Source: the human T2T-CHM13v2.0 reference genome, Homo sapiens. Taken from it: 64,000 nucleotides of DNA. Positions 1 to 14,430 of the stretch are shown here, in pieces. Positions within the stretch are counted from its first letter, which is position 1. Every line of letters starts with the position of its first letter. The translations under genes were made by a program, and so were the position numbers. The DNA is taken from the NCBI RefSeq assembly GCF_009914755.1, contig NC_060928.1, one strand, 5' to 3'. A model generated the notes under the pieces. The model saw only the letters and a program-made list of their open reading frames with translations. It did not search any database and had not been told where the DNA came from.

Positions 1-840
1 AATATATTCTTTAGATAGCTATTCCAGAAAAACAAAAGTTGTGGAACAATCAGTGTTTTCAGTTGAGAAGATGTATTAATATGGCTATCTTAAAATTGCA
101 AACAATTCACTGTCATTGAACATTTTTATAATGATAATTCATTTTAGAAGACAACTTGCAAAGCAAATTTTAAAAAATTCACGGGGCATGAGGTAGGTAA
201 TCTGAGAAGTTTTATTTCCTCCTTGTGAAGTTTAGAGATTTAATCACTCATAAAATGAACAACGTTTACTGGAGTGAAGGGAAAGCTACAGTGAATTCTA
301 GAAGCGTTTTAAGAAAACAACATTTTAACTTCTGTCTGTGCCGCAAAGCAGCTTCACAAAGGTGCTTGCTGTTTTATGTATTGTTTTTCTCCCGAAGGTT
401 CAAACTTAAAGATCCCAACATGGCCCCAGCTGTAAAAGCACATCTTCCAGTTTAAATTAGATTGACAACTTCCTATAGTCAGGGAGCAAGTTTCAAGCTT
501 TAAGACTACATCCACACTTAGTCAAAAAAGTCACTTTCCAAATTAATTTTAAACGGGAAAATTAAGATTAGAACCAGTGTCTAAAGGTTTAGGACACTTT
601 AGGACACTTTATTAAACATATTGCTGGGACATAATTTTAATATATCTTACTTGTGTTAAATTGTTTTCTCCTTTGTGCAAGTGATTTGTTTTCTATTTAT
701 CAACTGTGAGTTAGACCATCTTCAATTAAACCAACAAGTTATTTTATTATTTGGGGAGTGATGAGGTTTGATAATTGGTACTTATATTGATTCTGTGTGC
801 TATCAATGAAAACCTGAGTTACCATATTTGACATATTTAG

Positions 841-1145
<305 letters not shown>

Positions 1146-2017
1146 GACATATTTAATTTAACATGCTGTTGTACAGCAAACACATAGATGCACCAAAAAC
1201 ATGCTGACATAATTTGTATATATTTTGTAAAATGCACTATATATTTTTACCCCTTAAAGCAGCCTTGTAATACAGAATCAAATTCTCTAAAATTAGACAC
1301 CGGGAGGCAGCACTGTCTGGCATCTTCCCAGAAACAGTTGCCAGTTGATTCTGCCTCCTTCACACACTCATTACTACTCCCGAGTTATTAATGAAGCACT
1401 AATAAAATCAAACTCTTCAACTGTCAGATTAGTCAGCAGTTCACAATGACAAAGCCCTGCTTTCCTGGGGCTTTATTAGGTACCCGTGCCTATGCACATC
1501 AGTGTTCATGGAAACATCTCAGAGGCAAACTGATTTGAAAAACTCAGTGGCGCTTAGATTTAGCAGCAGGAAGCAACGCAAAGTGACTAAAACAATCTAT
1601 AACTATTTTTAGGAGTAAATTTTATTAAAGACTCTCTAATTTTTTTTTTAACCAAAGAGACATTATCTTATTTTGCGGAGTAAACATTAAAGCACATTTT
1701 GGATTTTTGTTCTTTGGCACAATGGCCTTAATTTTATCACCATATTTCTTTGCCTCTTTGAAAGTTTCCTTTTATTCTTCTCCCTTTGAATGAATACAAT
1801 GTATTTAATTCCCTGTTTCCTACTTCTTTCGGCAGCAACACTCTCAAAGAATTTTTCTCAAAGAATTCACATGAGGCTCTTTGAAATGGTTTTGGAACAG
1901 AGCAATTTACAAATTCTCACCCTTTCCTAAATATTGTCAGAAGATCACTCCCTTTAGTTTTTTGCATTACTCTTCAGAAATACAGCCTTTGACAAGGGAA
2001 ACAGAGCTTACAAATTA

Positions 2018-2148
2018 AATAATCTGTACACCATCCCCCTGTGACATGCAATTTACCTATACAATGACACACAATTTACCTATATAACAAATCTGCACAT
2101 GTACCCCTGAATTTACAAATAATTTTTTTTAATTAAAATTAAATTAAA
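2018..2148 (+). mobile_element. L1 3'-end fragment (older L1PA)
   Basis: TTTACCTATATAACAAATCTGCACATGTACCCCTGAA matches an L1PA 3'UTR terminus; contains a short internal duplication of TGACAYRCAATTTACCTATA. Confidence 0.75.
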
Positions 2149-3054
2149 AGAATTTGGCTTAAGGAACTTATTTTTATTTTTAAAACCATCTCTGAACCAA
2201 ATTACGTTTTGAAACACAGGTTTTCAATCATATTATTGACACAACAGTGTATTGCCATCAGTTGTGAGGGGAAAAGCAAGTAATTTGTTACTAATAATAC
2301 TGTATAGCATTTTGTGAATTCATTTCAGATCTTTAATGACAGCAGACGTTTTCAAAAGCATTCCAGAGTGTGTTTTAACTGGGAGAGAGAAGGGTCCAGT
2401 TGGTGCAAGTGTGCTGGGAATTGTGCATTGTGTTGAAACCATGTTATCTACACTAGATAGAGTAACCACTAGACTGAGTAACCATCATGTGTACCATTAA
2501 CAGTTGTGGAAGTTATGAATTATTGTAGAATTTTTTTAGATGTCATGTTATAGCTTGTTCTGCCTTGAAAAAATTGCTTATGGATAAAAATTTTTGATAT
2601 GAGAGAAGACAAGGAGAGATGAAGGAAACAGGAGTAGTACCAAAGTGTCTACTGGGTTGCTACAAAGCCTCATTGCATGCTAAGGTGTACCACCACAGTT
2701 GAAGGCTGCAAATGATCAGGAATGCCTTAAATGGCTTAAAACATCTTGGAATAAAAAGTCAAAAAGAACAAGAGGAATGCTGAAAATTTACTATAAAAAT
2801 TTGAATGTATAAAAACATTCTAGTTATTTCATGTGAAATAGGTGATACTAAGAATGATAGCTATAATCATGAATTCAAAATAAGTGATTATTTAAATATT
2901 TAACATTTTTATTCATATCAATATATCTTAAAAATATCTAAAATCTAAATTTTCTATGTAGATAATGATATATAATTTACTTATTCTTGCTTTGTAATAA
3001 ATAAGCATGCTTACTTTATTAGTGATAACTCTGAAAGCCCCATAACATTTATAT

Positions 3055-5000
3055 TTATTTTTTCAACTGTAATTACGAAAAATGCTGAACATAAACAAAA
3101 ACAGACAGAATAGCATAATAAACCCACATGTATTCTCGATCCAGTTCAACAGTTATCAACTCACAGTCAATTCTGTTTTATCTGTTCCACCAACCACTTC
3201 CCCATAACCATATTATTTGAAGCAAATCCCAGATTGTATAAGTCCATCCATAAAATGTTTACATTACCCAAAAAGATAAGAAGTCTTTACTCACACAATT
3301 ATAGTGAAGTTCATTTACCTAAAATCTATAATAATTACTCATTAAATATCAGGTCAATATTCAAATTTCCAATGATCTCATGAATATCCTAATTATATGT
3401 ATTTCAATATGACTGAAACAATCTCAATGTTTTGTGATGGTTCCATTTCTCTTAAATCTCCTTTAATCTATGGGTTCATCTTCTTCTTCTTCTCTCTCTC
3501 TCTCCTTTTTTTAAACCTCATACAATTTACTGTTGAAGAAGCTGGGAAGTTATTTTCTCCCAGTCTGAACATCACTTATTGTATCCCTGTGGTATATTTT
3601 AACTTGTTTCCCTGTCCTCTTATCTAAATATGTGATTACACTTAGATTTGCTTTTTCCATTTTTTGGTAAGATTTGTTTATGGGTGATAATGTGTTATTT
3701 CAACCAGAAGCCCGTGATATCTGCATGTTCCTAATTTTGTGAGGTTAGCAGTAGCTATGCTTAATGTGATGATCTTTCAATAAATATCTTAATGCTGTAT
3801 GGTGGGACTATTTTTATTCTATTATTTCTTCTTTATTAACTGAAATATTTATAAAAGAAGAAACTCATTTATTGATTTGGCTATTCAGTGGCACAGTGCA
3901 CAGGAGAGGTTGGGTAAATGTTTGAGTCTTTACCTATATGCACCAGCTATTCAAAAGAGTGAGTCAGTTCTCTACTATCCAGAGGTGACCAGTTGGCTAA
4001 GTTATGTTAGTATCACTCACTATAGCTATTTGAATATAAACATTTAATGTATTGAACTATTTATACTCAAATTTCCCATATCAGGCTATGGGAGCCACTT
4101 CAAGATGACTGCTGAACCCGTTGGGCACAACTTTTAGACTTTCGTTATTTTCTTGATAACTGGCCTGAAAGATGGTCTAGGATTTTCTTGACCATTTCTT
4201 GACTAAGACCTGGAATCAGCCATTTTTTTTTTCAAGGATCCCTAGTTCCTTTTAATAGAAACAAATCTTAGTCTTGATATCAACTCTGGGTGATATTGAG
4301 GCTTATTGTTATGTGGTGGGTCACTGTTTCTAGACTTTTGAAATAGATGGAGCTAGGAAATATAATGTTAAGATAAAATACATCAGTAGTATATTGATAC
4401 TTTGAATTAAAGACCATGACTATGGGAGTTTTGTTTAAAACCTTCTATTTTGCATTTGTTTCTTCTTTTTCCCAGACTTAGAATTCTAGTTCTCAATAAT
4501 ACCTGAAATAATATCCTTAACATATCACATAATTACTCATCTACTTTATTTAATTATATACATACAAACTCTAATAATAACACCGAAACTACTTGCAAAA
4601 ATTGGCTGCTGAAAGTAGGGTTTTTTTCAGTTAATAAGTTACATCCCTTTGACAATGCCTAGTCAAATTATTGTGTTTTAATATCATTTGTAGTCATTCT
4701 TCCATCAACTAAATACATATTTTATTTCTTTGCTTTATTTTATATTAGTTTTTTAGAGATTGCTTTTTTTGAAAAAAAAGTTTATAATTATGTAAAAAAT
4801 TTCCATGTAGTTCCAAAGTACAATCTACAAAACTAGATATGCTCTAGTCTAGCTTGTCACCGTGTTGTATCGACCCTATTCCTTGTCTCTTGCTTTAGCT
4901 AAACATTTTAAAAAGTTATTATTTATCCTTTCATTCTTTAAAACTTCAGATATATACACAATTATGTTCTCACATTACTTATATAAATAGCAACATTATA
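3055..5000 (-). mobile_element. Ancient L1M (L1MC4/5-like) 3' region, degenerate
   Basis: Start GAATAGCATAATAAACCCACATGTA...TTCAACAGTTATCAAC resembles the antisense L1MC 3' end; right boundary uncertain. Confidence 0.6.
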
Positions 5001-5689
5001 TATCGATATCTCTATATATTCTTTTTACAATTTCATTGTCATATTTGTTCAGTCTTTTATTGTGTTTGATTCAAAAGAGAGTAACTAAAAAGAAAAATGA
5101 AAACATTTATTTGATTAAGTCAGAGGAAACAAAGAAATTTTTCCAAGTCTTTGACACTGCTTAAAGCTTTATGTATATTTAAAATGACCTTGCAAATACT
5201 AACAGAAATGACATGTGCTTCAAAAGAAGCACCATCATATCTAAGATGGTGAGAAATTAGTTATGAAATGAGTTAGAATATTCAGTGATTTGGTCAGAGT
5301 GGTTGAATTAGTTAGTGGTAGTTTTTTATTGATTGATACTTATCTATTATTTTTAAGATGTAACATTTAGTAACGAAGCTCAAATTTGGTTGCTTTAGTT
5401 CTATTTTATTGTGAGAAAGAAAAATAAACTAAAATCTTTCTCTCAGGTAAAAAATACAAATGTCATAAACTGATTGATTAAAGCCCCAAAGTTTTATTTA
5501 AGTGATAATACTCAATGTCCACAAAAGTAAGGAGAGATTAATATCCTCCATTATTGATGTTGAGATCATGAGAGTGTAAAGTAATACGTATTTTCAGGGT
5601 CATTTAGAAACTGTTCTACCTATGTGGTGAAGGTTTGACCTAGCCATTGCACTTCTAAAATGTTATCCTAATTTTTTTTCATACAGGTG

Positions 5690-5960
5690 TGAAAGATAGT
5701 ATATACAAGCATATTCACTTAATGTTTTGTAATAGCTACCTCCTGCCATAAAAAATAAAAAGAACTCATCTTTTACCAGAAGCATTTTTATAAATTAAGG
5801 TTTATCACACAATTAAATGCTACATAGCCATGAGAAAATGAACTATATCTACATATTCAAAGATGGCTAAGATGTATCATAGAGTGAAAAAAATCTTTAA
5901 AATCTATAGAGAGAATATAGAAAATTATACCAATTGTTAACAGGGATTAACTTTGAGAAA
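5690..5960 (+). mobile_element. Ancient L1ME-like 3' fragment
   Basis: Degenerate similarity to L1M 3' motifs (ATAAATTAAGGTTTAT...ATAGCCATGAGAAAATGAACTATATCTACAT). Confidence 0.4.
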
Positions 5961-5962
5961 TG

Positions 5963-5976
5963 GGGCTTGGAGGTGA

Positions 5977-6022
<46 letters not shown>

Positions 6023-6149
6023 ATGTGTATGTATTTTGGGAGAGGCACCATATTATATATAATTGTGCATGGGCTTGGAGGTGAATGTGTGCGTGTGTTT
6101 ATGTGTGTGTATTTTGGGAGATGCGTCATATTATATATGATTGGGCATG
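5963..6149. repeat. Two-copy tandem duplication; first copy carries an expanded (TG)~21 microsatellite (5978-6020)
   Basis: GGGCTTGGAGGTGAATGTGT...TTTATGTGT...TATTTTGGGAGA...CATATTATATAT..TTG.GCAT occurs at 5963-6070 and 6071-6149. Confidence 0.92.
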
Positions 6150-6223
6150 GTTTGGATTTCTACATTTACATTTCCAATAGTTCTTTTAAGTATTTGAATT
6201 TTTCTTTAAGAATTGCAACTAAC

Positions 6224-6512
6224 AGCCGGGCGCGGTGACTCACGCTTGTAATCCCAGCACTTTGGGAGGCCGAGGCGGGTGGATCACGAGGTCTGGAGAC
6301 CGTGGCTAACAAGGGGAAACCCCGTCTCTACTAAAGAAAAAAAAAAATTAGCCGGGCGTGCTGGCAGGCGCCTGTAGTCTCAGCTACTCGGGAGGCTGAG
6401 GCAGAATGGCGTGAACCCAGGAGGCGAAGCTTGCAGTGAGCCGCCGCTGCACTCCAGCCTGGGCGACAGAGCGAGACTCCGTCTCAAAAAAAATAAAAAA
6501 GAAAGAAAAGAA
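6224..6512 (+). mobile_element. AluY with several internal micro-deletions
   Basis: Y diagnostics (GGCTAAC, AATGGCGTGAACC, AGCTTGCAG); TSD AAGAATTGCAACTA at 6208-6221 and 6513-6526. Confidence 0.93.
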
Positions 6513-6874
6513 AAGAATTGCAACTACATATTATTAAAATGATTTCCATCTGGTAGCAACATGCTTGAATTGTAAAAAAAAGAAATTAAAAAGGAAATAA
6601 AACTCATCTATACTAAGAAACTAAAGTGATAAATTAAAAAGCACAGATCAAAAATCAAAGTTTTCATGCATTTAACAGCCATGCCATATAATAAAATACA
6701 CTGGAGCTAATGATAGTAGAATCGAGCCCATTACAGTTCTTTGGTTTTGACAAATTTAAACAATTATCTTTCAGCACTCCTCCACGTTATCATTTTAAAC
6801 TTTTAAAAATATAGAAAGTGAGAACATTAGGGAAGATAGGGGTAAGAAAATCAGGCATTTTTTTCACATCTTGT

Positions 6875-7292
<418 letters not shown>

Positions 7293-7804
7293 GCCTAAAA
7301 ATAAAATTTCCGTCTTCATTGAAATAGACTACTAAGGAATTTTGACAATTATAATTTATTATTATTATTATATTTTAATTAAAATTCTTGGCATTGAATG
7401 GGCTCAGAAGGGGGTTGGTTTCCACAATTTAAGATTCCAAAGAAATTCCATATCACAATTTTGTTCAAGGAACAGTTTACATAGGTCACGTTGTGCAGTG
7501 GACTGAACCACAGGCATGCAGACAGCGCTGGTGTGAATATTTTAGGCTCCAGCAACATACTGCCTCAACTTCTAGCCCTGTTTCAGTGTTTCTCATTGGT
7601 AAAAGGAGATTTTAGTCTTATAGATGTTAGACTTCTCTTCAATATCACATGCTGCATGATTCTAGGTAGTCAATATAAAATTAATCAATAAGAAAATGGC
7701 AAATATCAATTAAATGTGTGGTGAAACATTTACTTACCAAGTTCTAATAGTGTTAGAGACAGAGTCATGGAAAAATGGGTCAAGCCAGAAAATGTTCTCT
7801 ACTG

Positions 7805-8086
7805 CAGGAGTCTCAGATTCAGACATCTACAGGTAATTTGGATCAGTAAAGGGTGCTGGATTTAAGGCAAAAGAAATGGTGAAGGTTGTGGCAGATATGC
7901 ATTGCATCCAGTGGCTTGTCGCCATATAGGAATGTGGATCGTGTTGATACGTTTTTCTGATTTTCAAGAGAAGTCAAGAATTAGGACTGTTTCATGAAAT
8001 TTCTCAATTTCTAAAATATTGTGATGGTTAAACAAAGCATGCCTGTGGCTTAAATACAGACTCTGACTTGCCCATCAGTGACTCCT
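7805..8086. mobile_element. hAT-Charlie MITE, MER103-like
   Basis: TTCTGATTTTCAAGAGAAGTCAAGAA...TGAAATTTCTCAATTTCTAAAATATTG resembles the MER103 core. Confidence 0.55.
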
Positions 8087-8356
8087 ATTTCCAGAACTGT
8101 CTATGAAAACAGCTAGAATTAGTAGTATAGTCATTTCCTCTTTGGGTGAATCTGTGGTTTTGAAGATCACATCATTAAAATGAAATGAAACATAAATGTA
8201 TTTGTCACACTTACTCATATCTAAAAGGAAAATGAAAGCGAAGATGGTGGACTACATTTTCCTGAAGCCACTGTATAGCTTAGAAAGTGGAAAATTACAA
8301 CTTAACAGATTTGCAGTACTGGTTTTGGAGTCTCATATATACAGTATATTCCTAAA

Positions 8357-8447
8357 ATTATTTATAATTTCTGATTATTTATAAGATTATTTGTGATTTC
8401 TAAGATTATTTATGATTATTTATGATTCCTAAGTTATTTATGATTTT
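8357..8447. repeat. Degenerate AT-rich tandem repeat (GATTATTTAT-type units)
   Basis: Repeated GATTATTT(A/G)TGATT units are visible. Confidence 0.75.
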
Positions 8448-10152
8448 TGTGTGTAATGCTGGAGCTCAATTTCTAAACAATGCCTATTTATCCAGGCTTG
8501 ATGCACTACAATTCTCTCTGGATTACAATTCTATGATCTAGCTTTAGGCCCTTTCTTTGCAAAACAGAGAAAGGCATCTGAGTTGCTTCATTTAAAGCAA
8601 TAATTAAATATATGGCAAAATTACAGGAGACATATAAAATAATACATAGCTGTAATCATTGACTCATATGCACTATCAGTTATAGCTAAAATATACAGCA
8701 AGGACCTGTCTGTACCATGTGTGTTTCTTATTCCCCTCACAAAGCAATCATTTGGGGAGCTTTATGTATTAAACGTACTGGCCACAAAGGACTTTATTTG
8801 GGAATGCTGCTGTGCTTGCTCTGGCATAGATTTTCACTCTGAAAATGTCTGTTGAGATGTGATGGCTCAAATGTTTTCATTTCCAATAGTATGTCATGGT
8901 ACATTTTTCATATATATAAAGTTTTGGTGCCGAAGATTGGTAAATATTTTTACATAAAATTAAAAACTAATAGAAAAATGGAGAATACTATACTATCTTA
9001 GGCTTATTCCTCATGTTACACAAAGAGCTTTCTTCAGCATTTAAATAAATACTGCAAATACTTTCAAGGTAAGATTTATGTTAACACTGAGAAGAAAGGA
9101 TATGTTGAAACCGTTTTGTTCATTTAATCAAATGTAAACAATCATTCTAGAACATTCAGATTATGATACATAGAACTTGAAATGATCCAAATTTCCTACA
9201 CTCCTTTATCCAATTAGTCAAATATTTGCCAATTTTCTCATACAGCAATAGTTGAACAAGCCTATATTGGCCATTTTATATGGACAGACTGTGAAATCTC
9301 AGAAGCTCTTCCATTGGTCCTCTGTGATCCACATTTGCTCTCGGAGGTAGGAAAGTGTGGTAGCAATGGAAAATGTGTGTGTACAGTGGACTAGTAACAA
9401 ACACTGTCTCCAAGGGCCACAACTCAGGAGGTGATACAACTAGTCCAAAGATGTGTGGCTTGTGTTTTGCCCATAAGACCAAGTCATTGGAAAAGCTTCA
9501 ATAAAAATTGTTTTTACCACATTTAGCTTTCAGGTTAATTTGTTTTTGCTTTCAGATGCAACATATCCTTGCTCTTGGTCTTACAGGTAATCAACCAAAG
9601 AATAACAATTAGGTTTAACAATGCGGAAGAAAACACTAATAAGCTGTCAGAAACCAATGTCTATCTGTAGCCTCTGAGAAACAGAGTCTGTATTTGTGAT
9701 TGGAATACACAGGGCATGGGGAAATATGGTAACATTCACCTATAGCCAAAAGTTCTGAGAACAGCAGCTCTCTCTACCTTCTCCACTACAGCACCCAGTG
9801 CTGAAGAGTGCACATTGTAGGTGTACAGTCAAGATTTGCTGATCGAATGTGGCTAAGTGCACAGATTTCTCATACACATACTTTTCTATGACACCTTGTT
9901 TTTCATAAACTAGGAAATTTCACCTTGTACAAGTTATAAATTCCCATTGTTAAAAGGACAGAGACAAGAAAAGGAAGGACATTTTAAAAGCTAGCTATTC
10001 TGTTCCACCCATTAATATTTTGTTATAATATCACAAGACTAAATTGTAATAAACTCTGTTTCAGCTACGAAGAGCACTGGCCAAATAGCCAAACAGAAAA
10101 GTGTTAAACTGAGTATATTGGGGGCTTTCTGAAACACTGCTCTTTGTCTAGC

Positions 10153-10155
<3 letters not shown>

Positions 10156-10205
<50 letters not shown>
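10156..10205. repeat. (AT)25 perfect microsatellite
   Basis: Directly visible. Confidence 0.98.
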
Positions 10206-10207
<2 letters not shown>

Positions 10208-10658
10208 TCACACACACATAGAGAAATATACACACATTTTTTCACAATTTCAAATTACTCAAACATCGTATTTGATGATTCTTTGCCTTAGGGGAAAAAA
10301 TTAGGGTAATGAAGAAGCTTTAAAAGACAAATATACTGCTTTATTTGTTTTCAGAACCATAGTTTTTGCTGATTACAAAAGTTCTGGCACTCACTGGTTA
10401 TTGCAGTTTTAATATGCATTAATATTGTTATTAATTAATATGCATTACTTTTTCTGGTTTTAGTTTTTCAGTTTTCTTTTCATTATATTTTTTCTTTTTT
10501 CTTGTATTGCTTTAATGTTACTTGAGCAAAAATATGGATAGAATGATGAATTTTAATTAGTATGTCTTTTATTCCAGTGTACCATTCATACACCTCTTTG
10601 TTACACATGAAAAAATAAAGAAAACTATGGATGTACTAAACTTTAACTTTTGAACCAT

Positions 10659-11006
10659 TGCTACAATTTGACATATGCTGGAATTTAATCCCCAAGGTGA
10701 TAGCACTAAGAGGTGGGGACTGTTGGGAGGTGATTAGGCCCTGAGAATTCCACGCTCATCAAACTCTATCACTTTGACCCTTCCACCAAGTGAGGGCACA
10801 GCATCCATCCCTTCCTCCCTGTGAGAACAAGGTGCTATCTCAGAAGCAGACACTGGGCCCTTGGCAGACACTGAATCTGCTGGTGCATTGATCAATGAAA
10901 ATCGATCAATTTCTCACCTTCCAGAACTGTAAGAAAAAATTGTATATTATTTATAAATTATGCAGTCTGTGATATGTTGTCATAACAGCAGGAATGGACT
11001 AAGACA
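10659..11006 (+). mobile_element. MaLR solo LTR (MST/MLT1A group)
   Basis: Begins TGCTACAATTTGA, ends GGACTAAGACA; perfect 5-bp TSD ACCAT at 10654-10658 and 11007-11011. Confidence 0.88.
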
Positions 11007-12581
11007 ACCATTAATGTTAATATTTCTCATTTGGCTGTAGTTGATAATTAAGTATTATATATTAGAGAAAAGTACATTTATAATCTGTCCCTAAAAGCCT
11101 GAAACCTTGTCAAGTTGAAAGAAAGAAAGAATATTTTGACATATTGCAAGAATGTTAAGAGAAATGCTAAGAATTCTTCTTTAAATTTATCTCATTAGTT
11201 GATTTGCTTCCAATGTACAGTAAGAAAAAAATAAGTGTGCAACATTTTCATAAATGTAAACCTCACAGAGAATGGATCTTCAATAAGGCTATATCTATAG
11301 GACATCAATTTAGAGGTTAGAGTCCCAAAAAGTATTGTCATAAGACATCTTAACAAATAATTGAATTTCTAAATAAAATACGTTGATAGTTTTCCCATGT
11401 GAGATTTTTTTTTTTCTGATGGCTACCAATATGTCAAGTTCATGAAGACAGACTCAATATACAATAGATCCATTCACTGAATGCAGATTCTAGGTGAGAC
11501 AAATTTGAGTTGTGTCAAACCATCGAGATGATTTATACATAACCTTCTAAAACTAAGAAACGTGCCTGCAACTAGTCATATGTCATTTGGGTATCTGTTT
11601 TACAGATTGTGTTTTATTTTTTTAAGTTTTGTAGTAATAGTTCTAAATATTTATACAAGTAACTGTAAGCTGTAGTTACTGTTAGTCATTATTTTTGTCA
11701 TATGTTCCAAAAGGAAATATTATTTTGATTTCTTCAGAAACAAATGAAAATGCAATGTATAATAGTTGATATATCAGCAAATGAAACACCTTTAAAAAAT
11801 AAATTTCCTCAAGTAGCAAACACGGTGTCAAGAACTACGTAAATCAAGCTGTGATCGGTCCTGCATTCTTCCCTGTCACTGGGACGTCACATAAGTCTAC
11901 TGCACTTCCGGTACTTTCCAGTTTTATGAGTAATTTTACATGCAATAAAACTTCCTCGAGCTCTTCACTTGATCAGGGATGACTGTGCAGCACTATTGGT
12001 GTCCAATAGATCATTTCTGGTATGGTTTCTTGCTTGGCCATTGCCAGTTTCAAACTGCATTGAATCCAAAGATTCTAATAAGATAAATATATTTCTCTAA
12101 TGACCTTACAACAAATAATCCAGTTAATTTTCATTTCTGATATTTTAAAACTTGGAAACACTAATAAATTGTCTTTTACTTAAACCAAGTAAATGTAAAT
12201 GACACTGTTCAGTGCCACAATTTGAATCTTATAAATATATTAAAACAATTTTTTATTGTGCACTAATGTCAGCATGCTTTCTAACCTTTGTAATCAGTAT
12301 CAAACCCTATAGTATAAACATTAAGTATATGAGCATGAAATTGAGAGCCTAACAAGCAAACACGATGATGTCAAAGTTAAATTTAAAATTGATTATATTG
12401 AAAGAAAAACTTGCTGTTTGACTTTATTGATCAGTTAGCAAAATCAACTTTATACATTTTCTAAAGAAATAAACAGTTCATCACCACTTAGTGGATATTT
12501 CAAATGTTTTGCATTACAGTTGCAGAAATTGACTTTTGTGGCTATTAGTAGTCGTAGTAATTTTTAGTATTAATATTATTA

Positions 12582-12793
12582 GGAGGAGGCAGCACATTAT
12601 TTCTTAAAGGACCAGATGGTGGTATTTTAGGCATTGCAGGCCAGAGGTCTTTACCACAAATACTCAGTTCTGCCATGATAGCTTTCAGGCTATCATGGAA
12701 AAGACATAAATCAATGAGTGTGGCTGTGATCCAACAAAATTTTGTTTACAAAAACAAACAGCTGGACCACAAGTGATAGATTATCAACCTCTA
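12582..12793. mobile_element. MER58A-like hAT-Charlie MITE
   Basis: AAGGGACCAGATGGTGGTATTTTAGGC...AATGAGTGTGGCTGTGATCCAACAAAATTTTGTTTACAAAAACA matches MER58A. Confidence 0.75.
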
Positions 12794-12879
12794 GATCAGT
12801 GGCATTTCATAGTTCTGTAGTGTTTTTATATTTTCACAAACAAAGTAACATAGCTATCTTGTGTTGCCTAGGCATGGAC

Positions 12880-12970
12880 ATTCACTTTTGCAGATGAGGA
12901 AACAAGAATTCAGAGTTGATTTGCACATACGAAGCAAAACAAGTGAGATCCAAGCCTCCAGACTCTACAA
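12880..12970 (-). mobile_element. MIR fragment
   Basis: CACTTTTGCAGATGAGGAAAC core motif. Confidence 0.5.
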
Positions 12971-14430
12971 CAGATGCTTCCAATATCTATGTCTAATGAA
13001 GTAAACTACTCTGAAAATCAAAATGTGTATTTTTTAAATTAATAAAAACTTTCTTTCTACCTCATTCTGAAATTTGTCATACAAGAGCATGAAGACAAAA
13101 TAATAGCACAATCTCAGATCCCAGCCCATGGATCTGACATATGCTTAAAATTTAGGAATGGAGGCCCTTAGCCATGTTTAGGAAGACTCATGCAGACACA
13201 GAGGACTAGATAGCTGTTGCTACTTCATTGAGAAGAGTCAATTCCTTATTCAAATACTATTAAAATATTTATAGAATGAATTAATACATAAACAACTTTA
13301 AAGACATGATTAAATATGTTCTGAAAGAAATAATTAGGAATGATAATAACAACATAGTTTTATGTACATACTGAACCATTTGGATTCAATTTATTCAACA
13401 ATTACAAAACAATTATTGAACACAAGGTCTGAGTTAGATATTTCTGGAGAAGCTGAGAAGATCCAGGCATAATTCCTGTTTTGAAAAGGCTAAAATATAA
13501 AAGAAAGACATGGGAATTTTTAAGGGCAATCAAAAGAGGAAATGTATATGTTAGACATAATAAAAGTGTAGGTTTTTAAAAGGTAAGTGAAATAATACTA
13601 TATTTAAAAATATATGCAATGGTCAAAATATACTTTATTTTTTTCAATCTACTAACTGATTATTAATTACAATCTTACAATTTTGTTTAAAGGTACATAT
13701 TATTTAAGAAAAAGGAGAAATAAATTAGAGAAACAAAAAGAATCAGAGTCAATCTGAAATAAAAACAGATGCTAAATGCCAACATCTTTTTTTGGATACT
13801 GCAAAGAAAGTTTTTTCCATATGTGGATTTTGTAGCCTGCAACTTTACTGAGTTCATTAATTAGTTCTAATAGGTTTTTTTGGGGGGGGTGTCTTTAGGG
13901 CTTTTTACATATAAGATCATGTCATTGGCAAACAATTTTTTTCTTCCTCTCTTATTTAGATGCCTTTTATTCCTTTTTCCTCTTAATAGCTCTGGCTAGG
14001 ACTTCTAGTATCATATTGAACAGAAGTGGCAAATGTGTGAATCCTTGCCTTTTGACAGATCTTAGAGGAAAAACTTTGTTTTCCTCAGTGAGTATGATGT
14101 TAGCTATGGACTTTTCATACATGGCCTTTATTGTGTTGAATAGTTCCATACCGAATTCATTGAGAGTATTTACCATAAAATGGTATTGAATTGGAAAATG
14201 CTTTCTCACATCTATTAGATAATCTTGTGATTTTATCCTTCAGTCTGTTAATGTGATGGACCACAGTTATTGATTTGTATAGGTTGAACTGGCCTTGTAT
14301 CCCAGAGCGAAATCCCACTTGGGTCCTTCCAATATGCTATTTAATTTGATTTTCTAATATTTTGTTGAGGATTTTTGCATCCATGTTCATCAGGGATATT
14401 GTCCTGTATGTTATTTTTTGTTGCAGTGTC

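Noticed and set aside
9556-9586. 31-nt micro-exon candidate (TTTGCTTTCAG|...ACAG|GTAATC)
   Set aside because: Splice-like motifs are common by chance, the length is not a multiple of 3, and no partner exons are identifiable
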